A stretch of 64,000 nucleotides of DNA from Azolla caroliniana. Its lineage: Eukaryota > Plantae > Polypodiophyta. Below, in pieces: positions 22,801-33,985 of the stretch; the first letter of the stretch is position 1, and each line of letters starts with the position of its first letter. The stretch covers positions 10,726,001-10,790,000 of the forward strand of contig JBHGNT010000005.1 in NCBI GenBank assembly GCA_043228905.1, in the 5' to 3' direction. Under the pieces are notes generated by a model. It was not told the origin of the DNA and did not search any database. It saw only the letters and a program-made list of their open reading frames with translations. A program made the translations under genes and the position numbers.

Positions 22801-25541
22801 AACGGCTTACGCGCAAAGAGAAAGGGAAGAAAAAGGTGTCAGATTCCGGCACGGATAGAAATGAGTCAAACCGACGCGAGTCCAACTCCGAGGAAAGCGG
22901 TGACGGGTCTTCAAGAGCGAAGTCCGCGTCAGCCGAGAAGACCATGACATCGGCTAAAGACCGATTACGCCGATCTACCCGCCAGAAGACCCCAGTTGTG
23001 CGGTTCGGATACAACGAGTACATGGCGCATCATTATGCATACATGAACCGTGTAGCGGAAGTGCGTGAGCTGGAGAGCTACACAGAAGCGGCTAAGGACG
23101 CGAACTGGCGTGCCGCGATGAAGGAAGAGATGCACGCATTGGCGGAAAACGAGACCTGGGACCAGGTTGACGCACCAAAGGGTGTGAAGCCGATCAGATG
23201 TAGGTGGGTGTACAAGGTCAAGTACAACACCGACGGCTCGGCCAACCAATACAAGGCCCAGTTAGTAGCAAAAGGCTACGCGTAGAAACACGGCATCGAC
23301 TATGATGAGACATTTGCGCCGGTCGCGAAGATGACGACCGTCCGTGTTTTGCTCGCGGTAGTTGCGGCAAAGGGGTGGCACTTACATCAGATGGATGTAA
23401 AGAATGCGTTCCTGCAAGGTGAGCTTGACGAACAGGTGTACATGGTACAGCCCCCCGGATTTCACTCCGAAACGAACACCTCGGCGGTGTGCCGATTGAA
23501 GAAGTCCCTTTACGGACTGAAGCAAGCCCCGCGTGCCTGGAACGTAGCAACTGCATCGGATGGGCTTTGCAACGTCAAAATCGGACTCTTCCATGTTCAT
23601 CCAGAAAGGTCGACTCGGGCCAGTTAGTATTTTACTATATGTTGATGACTTGGTCATCACCGGCGCCGACCTAGGTGAAATCGACCGCGTGAAGCTCCAG
23701 CTTGCGACATCATTCGACATGAAGGATCTGGGGGACCTTCATTACTTCCTTGGGATCGAAGTGGTCCACACCCCCAAAGGCATACTGATCAGCCAACGTC
23801 ATTATGCGTTGAATATGCTCTTCAAATTCGAGATGGCAGACTGTACTGTCTCGACTCCTCTTGATAAAACCGTCAAGCTTCGCCCCAATTCCGGAAAGGT
23901 GTGCGACCCGACGAGGTTCCGACAAATTGTCGGAAGCCTTATTTACTTGACAATCACCCGACCCAATCTCAGTTATCCAGTCGGGGTGATCAGTCAGTTT
24001 ATGGCGGGACCTACCGAGGAGCACCTTCAGTGTGCGCAACACGTACTACAGTACATAAGCGGCACTAAGGACCGGGGACTGCTATTTCGGACCAGTCTAG
24101 CCCCGTAGTTGGTTGGCTACACTGATGCTGATTGGGCTGGCAACGCCGCCGATCGCCGATCCACATCCGGATACGCGTTCTCTCTTGGGAGTGCCGCGAT
24201 AGCGTGGAGTAGCAAGAAACAGCCGACAGTTGCACTGTCGAGCACCGAAGCCGAGTATAGAGGAGCAGTTGTCGCGACATGCGAAGCCATATGGTTGAAG
24301 TGGCTACTTAAGGATCACCAGGTGGAGGTGTCCGATCCGATGACGATCTACTGCGACAACCTCAGCAGCATCCAGCTCGCGAAGAACCCCTTCTTCCACG
24401 CACAGACCAAGCACATTGAGGTGCACTACCATTTTATCCGTGAGTGTGTCCTTTCCGATGAAGTCGAACTTCAGTATGTTCCGACGGATCGGCAGACCGC
24501 CGACATCTTCACCAAGCCTCTTGATCTGGACAAGTTGCGGCAATTCTCGGGTGCGCTTGGGTTGCGTCACCTCGACGTGCCGAACTTGAGGGGAGAGACG
24601 TCCCAGATGACCACAGAAGGGAGCAAGAAAGGAGCGGAAAAGACCGTAGCGCCGAGTCGGATGACGAATTCGATTTCGGATCAGCTGAAGAAGCCGAGGG
24701 TGGATCCGCGGAAGAGTCCGAAAGCGGATATAAGGGGAGCAGTCGGAAGAAAGAGCCAAAGCCAACCAAGCATGGGGGAGATGATGCGGTCAAGGGCGAG
24801 AAGACCGAAGACGAGTTGGAGACAGCCAACTCGGACGAGAGCGAAAACCGATCGGAGGTAGCCGAGTCAGTTCGAGTGTTTGATTCGGATACACTGAATC
24901 GAACGAGGGCCAAGCGGAAAAGAAGGTAGCAGGAGAAGCGCCAAGACTGCGACAGCAAGGGAGCTGTGAAGGGTCGAAGCGCACGGAGTCGAAAAGGCCG
25001 AGGAGCGCGAGCGAGGCGTGGAGCCAGGAAGAACCGGAGCGGTGATCCGGAAGATCCCAAAGAGCCTCAAGTTGAGCTTGAGGGGGAGTGTTGAGAGACA
25101 AGCTCAACATCGTCCGGATCGGCTGAGCAAGCAGAGGACCGGATCGGTTGGGATCGATCGGTTAGGCCGGACCGGTGCGTAAAACGGATGCGTAAACCGA
25201 TACGCAAACCGGTGCGTAGGAAGATCGTATCGGTGTGTAAACCGAAAGGCCGTTAGAAAGATATTCCTCGTAAGGAATAGTTTTGGGAGCAAGAGTCGAG
25301 GCTCATTTATGAGCAGTCAAGTACTATCAGTACTTGTGCCAGGCCGATTGTCAGGGCTTGTATAAAAGTGCTCACTGAGCACATCCTATGTACAGATTGA
25401 GTATTATTTTTTGAATTAAGTTCTTATGTTTACTCTCTCTCTGTCTCTCCTGTGCGTACTGTGCAAACCTAAGCTTTCCATTAAACGTGCGTTTTCTGTT
25501 GTTCGGTTTTTCTATATTGCTTCCGCATGCCATTCTTTTCA
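19832..25541 (+). mobile_element. Full-length but degenerate GC-rich Ty1/copia element C (relative of B)
   Basis: LTRs 19832-20272 and 25089-25541, TSD GTTAG, PBS 20273-20284, PPT GAGGGGGAG. Confidence 0.95.
20340..24861 (+). pseudogene. Copia C gag-pol with multiple stops and frameshifts
   Basis: [41 protein letters not shown]; collinear with the B polyprotein. Confidence 0.92.
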
Positions 25542-25705
25542 GTTAGGAAACTACTTGAAAAGTATGAACTTCAAGCAAAGTTGTGCAAACGCATCAGTTT
25601 TTATGAATGATGGTACAAATGGTAAAATCATCATTGTTTTATACGTAGATTATCTAATTATAACAGGGTGTACAAAAAACCTAAACCCTTATATAAAGGG
25701 GGCTT

Positions 25706-26978
25706 TCTCTTGTTTCATGCTTTTTGGTTGAGCCAATCTCATCATCCGACCTTTTCCTTTTTTCTTCCACTATCACCTCATGCTCTTGGTGTTCTGCCAT
25801 CTGAGCATAGAATGTCATAACATCTACTGGAACATCCCATCCAATGTTTTTCCTTATAGAATCTCCGGCAACACGAAGGTCTTCCATCTTCAGCTTTTGC
25901 TTTTGTGCCGAACCAACCTTCAAGACGCATTCCTGTCGTTGCCAAGTAGTACATTGCAGAAGCCTTCTTTGCTTCAGCTTCTTCAAACTTAACCTTAACA
26001 CCACCATCACCAAAGTTCTTTGTAAGTGGACTTCTAGTTTTAGTTAAGTAAATGTTACCATTTTTCCAATAGACCAAGTCTCGATTTTCCATGTCTTTAT
26101 ATTCCGCACAATCACGTAATCGATGTTCGAGACTATCACACCACATGCATCGAGGTCGAAATGGTTCCCTTGACCTCGAAGTCTGACCATTCTCAAGCTT
26201 TGCCACTTTAATTGTTAGATATTTCATACTTTGAACTAAATCATCAAGCAAAGACTCACTCTTAGTTTCGATCATTTCTCGTGGTTGATGGACCATTTCG
26301 TGTGTGATGGTTCTCGACCAAGTCTTTGAACCGATTTGTGATTCCCACATGTGGTATTTGTAGCATTGCACCATTCCTTTGTATTCTTTTCATAAATTTA
26401 TTACAAGCATTTGTTACCTCATTCCAATCTGCAGTTATACCATCTTCGATATTTGGTATTTCAAGCATAAATTCCAATTCTTTTCTATATCTCTTGTCAA
26501 CTGCCTGCAAAAATAAAGCAACCTTTTGCCAAGACAAAGAATTTCTTTCTTCTGGCTTTAAGTGTCCATACAATCTATCAAACTCTTTTTTTGTGTCAGC
26601 CACAGATAATCCTTTATTTTCTTTTAGGACCCATTCATGGAATGAACGCATAGTAACGCGAGAGAAATCCTCACAAGCATATTCAGACACAAGTGCTTCT
26701 TTGAATGCATTCCAATCCAAACTATGCAATGTTTGTATTTCAAGAATTCTATCTCTTAATTCCATGTCCACTAATTTATAAAAGTTTGCTATTATATTGA
26801 CATCATTCATACCAGACATTTCCATTTCATCATAATATATATTCACATACTTCGAAATATTTGTGCCATCAAACATACCAATCTTCTCTCAGACTTCTCG
26901 TAAGGCATGAAATAATCGATCTTGATTCAACTTTTCAATAAACAACATTACCGGATCCATTGTACTCGTACTTGCCAT
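25706..26978 (-). pseudogene. G1 gag
   Basis: Homologous to G2 gag (VALFLQAVD, CMWCDSLEH); ATG near 26978 just downstream of the PBS. Confidence 0.85.
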
Positions 26979-27022
26979 GTTGATGTTCATCTTTACTTTA
27001 GATGTCTCTTCTACTTCCCCGT

Positions 27023-27040
27023 TTCACATCGGGTTCACCA
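27023..27040 (-). promoter_or_regulatory. G1 PBS (tRNA-Trp)
   Basis: Minus strand TGGTGAACCCGATGTGAA, 5 nt from the LTR end at 27046; 17/18 identical to the G2 PBS. Confidence 0.8.
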
Positions 27041-29685
27041 AATTGTGTCGTGGCGTCGTTCGCCTAGAAGCGTTGCGTAGACAGAAGACAACGTGAAAGT
27101 GAGGAAGGAATCGTTGGGATTTTGGACGAAAGAGACGAAAGAGTGGAAATAGATAAATAGAGATATGACAAGATAGGATGTAAAATGATAATTGAGGGAA
27201 TGTAAGAAATTTATAATTATTTCATGAAAGAGTTACAAAATGGTTGCGAGCGTCGTTGAACCGTCGAACTTTGTCTCACAAGCAAGGTTGTTAGGTACAT
27301 TAGATACGGTACGGATACCATACGTATTTAACGTATTAATACGCATATAGTACCTCCCAATTTAAAAATACGTTAAATACGTTTTTTAATATGTTAAATA
27401 CTTATCAAATACGTAAAATACGTATTTGACGTATTTTACGTATAATACGTTAAATACTTCTAGAATTTGAAAATTACTTATCTTTCAAAAAAATATTTGT
27501 AATATTGTAAAAAACATCTATGTTTACACAATGTACATTATAGTTCTACATCCTAAAATGCATATCAAACATTTGAACATTTCACATCCTAAAATACGTA
27601 TTAATATGAATGTCGACATTCACTTGTTCTATAAATTAGTGTGTATCACGATGTTCTACTTCAAATTGCAATTATTTACAATTATGCCCTTATAGATTGA
27701 GGAATCGTCTACGATTATCACACTCACTTTACATTTCTCTCTTCTTTTCTCTCTTCTTCATTATCTTCTTCATCATCCTTCTTCTTCTATCTTCTGTGAT
27801 TATCACACTTAGAGCCAGGACAGGTTTCAGTCTTCTTTTCTCTCTTTTTCTTCTTCTTCTTCGTCAACATCTCTTCTGTTCTTCTTTCTCTCCTTCTTTT
27901 TGCTTCTTTTTCACTCTTTTTTTTTTCTTTGGCTTTTTGTTGGGGTTTGGCTTACATTTTTTTATAAATACATATTATACCTGTTTTTCAAATGTATGTT
28001 AAACACCGTATTGGACAAATGTACATGATATTTGACTGAACAACATTGAGGTATAATACGTGTCACGAACACACCAAGCGTGGACTAAGACGGAGCACGG
28101 ATGATGAGACTACGACGGAGCAATGACGGAATGACACAAGAGCATAAAGATAGAGATGAAGATCAAGGAGAGAGGATGGGCGAAACGAGAATACTAGATT
28201 GATATGTCCATGACTAGCGTTGTTCACCTTGAATTCCTTCAAGGTGAACTCAACTATTTATACTAAGTGGCATGCATACCTGTTGCATGCATGTGATACA
28301 ATAGAGCATGTAGGCAGTAGGTACGCATGCATGTGCCAAGTGTTAATAATACAAGGGAGAAATTATGCACATAATGCTAGCTAAAACCTACAATGAGGAA
28401 GTATATACATGATTATATACTAGATGTGTGGTTAACACATAACACTCGATTATAACATGGTCATGTCAAGAGTTCGATTCTTGACATTATCCCCCCTCCA
28501 ACGATGCCTTCCCAAATTGTTTGTCGGCTTAAGGGGATATTGTTGATGAAAATCTTAGATCACCCCCAAAGTATTCTGTAAATCCTAGACAAGGAGTAAC
28601 CCTTCCACAAGACAGGGTATTTAACACCAACGGGCATGAGCGACCATGTGTGGTCCTCGCTAGCAATGGGCACAGTTTCGGCTCAAACCGAACCGAACCG
28701 TTAAACCGTGGCTTAACGGTTTATCGGTTCAAAATTAAATAATGAGTTTGGTTTGGTTTAAAGAATGGAAGTTCGGTTTGGTTTCGGTTCGGTTCGGTTT
28801 AACATTTATCGGTTTATCGGTTTATCGGTTTTATCGGTTTCTATTAATTTGGTTCGGTTTATAGGTTTATAGGTTCTTACCCTAGCCCTAAATTTTCAAT
28901 TTTATAAATTATACCCTTCCTAAATTTTCTATTTTATAAATTATACCCTTCTTATTTTTACTATGGACCTAATACTAGTTAGTAGTAGTAAGTACATACT
29001 ACAAACTACAGTGTATCTACAGACAGACAGACACAACTATCGAACAGAAAGGATTTAGGAGGCGCACTACACAGGCGGCATTGTGCAGGTTGAGGCGGCA
29101 ACCACCAATCACCACTTCCAATCACCACTTCATTGCTCTTCAGACTCCAGACTCTCCATAACACAGGTATGATCCATAACACAGGCTAAGTTTTTCCTTT
29201 TAGTTAACATGAAAAAATTGCAGTCTTCTCTTTGACTGATGAGTTGAAGATCATTTTAGACATGTATGAGAAGTAAATCATGCTCTTGATGGTGGAATTT
29301 ATTATCACATCGTTTTTAATAAATTGGATTGAAACCTTATCATTTCCGGGTTTCCTCTGCATTACATTTGTATAGTGCACCATAACATATAGTTCCATTG
29401 CATTTAATCGGTTTCTCACAAATTGGGCCGAACCCTTATCATTGTTCCCAGTACTTTACTTTATATTTGTATTGTATTGTGCAGCCAGAACTTCAGTGCA
29501 TGGGATGTTAGTTTCATTGCGATTTACTGCTCTATGGAATTATTTATATATACAAGATTCCTCTTGACATTATCTTTATGCTTATTAGACTCGGGATTTG
29601 GCTTATGGTGCTTCATAAAATAGGTCCAAAATTCTCTCTCAGATTTAATTATAACTAAATTTGATTAAATCACATAACTTAACAT

Positions 29686-30149
29686 CTTCCCTCACCTGCT
29701 TTTGAAAGGCCATTGGCAAGGAAATTATAAGTGTTTATGTTGGGCACTTCTCCCTTTTCTTTCATCATCTTAAATAATGCAACATCTCCTGGTTTCTCTT
29801 CTTGCTAGAAGGAATAAACAAGAAGGTTACATATATACAAGTTTGTTAACAAAACATGCTGAAGCATCTTATCATACATCCCATAAGCTTGCTTTGGAAA
29901 CCCTGCTTTCACCAATGCATCAATCATTATGTTAAATGTATGGGAATTGGGAATGCAGTCATATTTCTCCATCCTTTCAAAGGCTGTGACAGAAGCTTCA
30001 AGCATTCCAACATAAGCATAGACCCTGGCAATAGCTGTGAAAGCATTCGGTATCAAACTAACTTGATCCTTAACTATGTCTTCCATGAGAAATTCTATGG
30101 TCTTGAAATCCTTTGCCTCCCCAAGAATCTCAAAAAGCCACCAAGTTGA
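29686..30149 (-). pseudogene. Captured pentatricopeptide-repeat (PPR) gene fragment
   Basis: PNAFTAIARVYAYVG...AFERMEKYDCIPNSHTFNIMIDALVKAGFPKQAYGMYDKM...LFKMMKEKGEVPNINTYNFLANGLSKAG are P-class PPR motifs. Confidence 0.8.
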
Positions 30150-30340
30150 GCTAACTTAGCAATGTAACAATGTATCTTTCTATGTTAACATGTCTATCTT
30201 TCTATGTTTGCCATTAGACATAATGGTTGTTTTACTGTTCTTAGCTAACTTAGCAAACTTTCTACTTCATTTATTTTTCTCATTATAATGTATTTGAAAT
30301 GTGCTAATTGAGTTAATTGAATTTTATAGGACACCATAAA

Positions 30341-32552
30341 ATGGAATCATCATCTCAAACTGATGCTGCAATGAACTCATCTTCAATTGATGTTAGTCGT
30401 GGGTCAACAAGTAGCTCAAGAAAAAGGCTACGCACATCATGGACAGATGCTCACATCATATTTTATATGGATAATGGCACACCTCGACGATGATGCCATC
30501 ATTGCCATGTTTGTTGGTCTTCTACAACATCCACAGGCACTATAGCCAAACATTTAGCAGAAAAGCATCGTTTATCAAGCGACCCAGACCAAAATTCAGG
30601 TATATCACAGCACATTCAATCTTCAATTGAGTCAGCTAGAGTATCTCATGTTTTAGAGAAGAAAATTGATGCTGCCATCGTGAAGTATATTGTGAAGGGA
30701 ACATTGCCCCATGCACATGTGGAATCACCTGAATTTAAGGAGTTCATGCAACAAATTGTACCTGGATATCAAGTAAAGTCAAGACGCACAATTAAGCGTT
30801 CTATCCTAGAAATGTATGTGGTGTTGCGTCGTCAGGTGATAGATTTGCTATCGAAATGCCAATCAAGATTTTCCATAACATTTGATGGTTGGTCAAATAG
30901 TAGTTTGAAGGGCTTTTACTCAGTGACACTTCATTGGGTATGTCATGAAACAGCAAGGTCAAGGTCAATGTTATTGGATTTTGTGCATGTATTTCCAGGT
31001 GTTGGATCAGGGAAGCGTTGTGCACATGCCCTTTTTGCTCGACTTCGATCCTTTGATATTTCTAGTCGACTCTTAGCTACAATTTTTGATGGAGTGAGTG
31101 ATGCACAAGTAGCTGCAAAAGAGTTGAGCATGTTGTTACAAGATGAGCATGGTAAGGAAATTTTGGCTCCATCACATATGTTAAGATGTATGGTTCACAC
31201 TTTTCAGTTGGGTATCAAGGCAGCATTAGAGGTTATCTCACCCTCAACAGAAAAGTTGAGAACAGTGCTCCATACTATTAGATCTAGCAAGGTTCGAAGG
31301 GAAGTGTTTAGGAAGTATGCTAGGATGGTTGAGCATCATGAAAGGGAACCCCCAAGGCTCGATGTTGTTACAAGATGGAATTCTACCTTGGAAATGTTTA
31401 GGCAATCTATCAAGGATAAAGATGTATTGAACTTTACAATTTCAGATTTAACAATATCAAGTGATTTCAATGGTAATGTCTTGACCAGAGAAGATTGGAG
31501 TCACATACATGCCATGGCGGAATGGCTAGATACACCGGCCGAGGTTTCTACTTTTCTGGGAGGCTCAAGATATCCTACATTATCACTAGCATCGCTAGCA
31601 TATAATTGTTTACTAAATCATTGCAATCAATTTTTAGATTCTTCGCTTCCAGGATCATCTAGATTCACACAAGAGGTGCTTCAAAGAGCATCTAAGAACT
31701 GCTTGCAATATTTAATTAAGTATCAAGAATCGTTAAAGTCTATTCCATCTCGCATAGCAATGTTTCTTGATCCCAGGTAATGCTTACCTTTATATCATAC
31801 AATTATCATCATGATTTCTGATTTTTTATTTGAGTTTAAAACCGTTTTATTTGTTTGATAGATTGCCTCTTCCAAATAATCATACAAAAAGAGAGTTAGA
31901 TATTAAGTTGGTTGAAAGCATGATTGAGTCCCACTATCACTCGTTCTCGAGTGATGTTGAACCACCTTCGGCTTCAACCACAATACATGAAAATGATAAG
32001 AATTCTAAAATTTGGACGTTAATGGGTGTAAATAATAAAAGTCTTATTTCCGATTCACAGTCAGAAATTCAACATTTTATGAGACTTCCTTCGGCTAGCA
32101 CGGACAAGGATCCTTTACAATGGTGGAATGATAATAAATCGGCAATGCCTTCACTATATAGGATGGCATGTGATTACCTCAGTATACCAGCATCATCAGT
32201 ACCTGCTAAAGAGGCTAATTCGGCAGCAAAAATGTCCTTTGATAATAGGATAAAACTACATTCATGCACTTTCAAAGCTGAAATGTGCGTTCGATCATGG
32301 ATGAATGTTTTAAAAGAATGTAATGTTCAAATGTTAGATAATTTTCACATCAGTTATGCGGAACTAACAATGAATTTGGATGATCTTGTTGCTGAAGACG
32401 AGGTAATAGATTACATATCGCATGATAGTCAAAGGAAAATTAAGGTATGCATACTACTTGGTTGTTTTTTATTTGAGTCTTTACTTAAAGTATTTTTATT
32501 AATAATTACTTACTTGTTTTTATGTATTTTATATGTACAGGAATCATGTTGA
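30341..32552 (+). pseudogene. hAT transposase (BED finger, DDE core, C-terminal dimerisation domain) with a premature stop at 30491
   Basis: ATG 30341, W...*CHHC...HLAEKH, TFDGWS, RCMVH, DVVTRWNST, FLDPR, predicted introns 31777-31861 and 32445-32540, PLQWW...DYLSIPASSV. Confidence 0.9.
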
Positions 32553-33339
32553 TTTTTGACATGTTAACGACAATAGTGGTTGCAATTGGAGATCTTCAAA
32601 GTCATTGTAATTTTTATTACATGTTGTTTACTATTTTGTTTTTAGTCGATTCTTTAAATTTGTTATTATGAATTACTTAATTCTTTTGTATATTTTATAC
32701 TTTCAGGAATCCCTTATTCAAATATTGGAAACAAAAAGCTGGATTAAGTTTACATATATGGTCCTATGGATTTGGAAAATTGGAACTCTATTATATGGAT
32801 TGTTGTTCTTAATTGGAAATTTGGAACTCTATTGTATGGAATTTTGGAACTCTATTGTATGGATTTTTGTTATCATTCCAAAAAACATTTATCTTTTTAT
32901 GTAATATCTTATCATGTTTCACAAATTAACAATTTTCAGAAAATGTGTTGTGAATTTCTGTTATTTTATAGTGTTCTAGTCTTTGATTTGGTACAATTTA
33001 TTGTTTCGTGTTGCTTGGATTATGTCAAAACCAATTTGGTTTGGTTTGGTTTTGATGTTTGATACACTGGTTTGGTTTTGATTTTTGGTAAACCGGTTCG
33101 GTTTGGTTCTACATTTTACATAAACGGTTTGGTTTTAAATGGTTTGGTTTCTCATACCTATTAAACGGTTTGGTTTAAATGGTTTGGCTTAAATAGTTTG
33201 GTTTAAATGGCTTCAAATTTTTTAAATGGTTTGGTTTGGTTTTTATTCTGAATAACCGGTTTGGTTTGGTTTGGTTTGGTTTCAAGGTCAAGAAACCGAA
33301 CCGAACCGAAACCGAACCGCGCCCATTGCTAGTCCTCGC

Positions 33340-33985
33340 CTAGAACTGGAACACAAATATTAACGAGTGTGAGCGACCATGTGCGGTCCTCACGGGGAGC
33401 ATGAACACCAAGGGGCATGAGTAACCATGTGGGGTCCTTGCCGGGAACTAGAACGGTCCTCGCAGAGAGTTGGAACACGAACACCAATGGGTGTGAGCAA
33501 CCATGTTGTCCTCACCTAGAAATGGAACACGAACGAGTGAGCGACCATGTGGCCCTCGGTGGGAACAGGAACACGAATGGGAGTAATCGACCATGTGTGG
33601 TCCTCACCAAGAACTGGAACATGAACAACAACGGGCATGAGCGAACATGTCTGTCCTCACCAAGATCTGGAACACGAACAGTAGTTGGAGTGAGCGACCA
33701 TGTCGGTCCTCACCAAGATCTGGAACACGAACAATAGTTGGAGTGAGCGACCATGTGCGGTCCTCACTAGAGATTGGAACACGAACAGGAGTGAGCAACC
33801 ATGCAGCCCTCACCGGGAAACACGAACGGGAGTGAGCGGCCATGTGCGTCCCTCACTGGGAACAGGAACACAAACGGGCGTGAGCGACCATGCGGCCCTC
33901 ACCGGGAACTCGAACACCAACACCAACGGGAGTGACCGGCCTTGTGCGGCCCTCACAGGGAACTAGAACACGAACACGAACGGGA
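33340..33985. repeat. Tandem array of about 13 units of ~45-53 bp, each with the hairpin GTGAG-C-GACC-ATGTGC-GGTC-CTCAC
   Basis: Read directly; the first unit (28625-28660) is separated from the rest by the hAT insertion. Confidence 0.9.

Larger units (their letters stand above)
3678..25705 (+). mobile_element. Ty1/copia element A, degenerate and 3'-truncated, inserted in G1 and itself split by G2 and copia C
   Basis: 5' LTR 3678-3937 (TGTTGAG...CTTAACA), PBS TGGTATCAGAGCC. Coding pieces at 4248-5841, 18377-19831 and 25547-25670 are collinear once the insertions are removed. Confidence 0.85.
28661..33331 (+). mobile_element. hAT DNA transposon carrying a transposase gene
   Basis: TIR TAGCAATGGGC, 8-bp TSD GTCCTCGC, dense AACCG/CGGTT subterminal repeats. 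Confidence 0.95.

Noticed and set aside
27697-28002. Phe/Leu-rich membrane-like ORF
   Set aside because: Low-complexity CT/T-rich tract within the hAT MITE.
29236-29250. CTGATGAG hammerhead core
   Set aside because: No downstream stem II-GAAA; chance match.
29805-30086. Functional host PPR gene
   Set aside because: Short, contains a stop and degenerate motifs, and is enclosed by hAT TIRs; treated as captured cargo.
33340-33985. CRISPR-like array of palindromic repeats
   Set aside because: The linkers are copies of each other rather than unique spacers, there are no cas genes, and the context is a eukaryotic TE.
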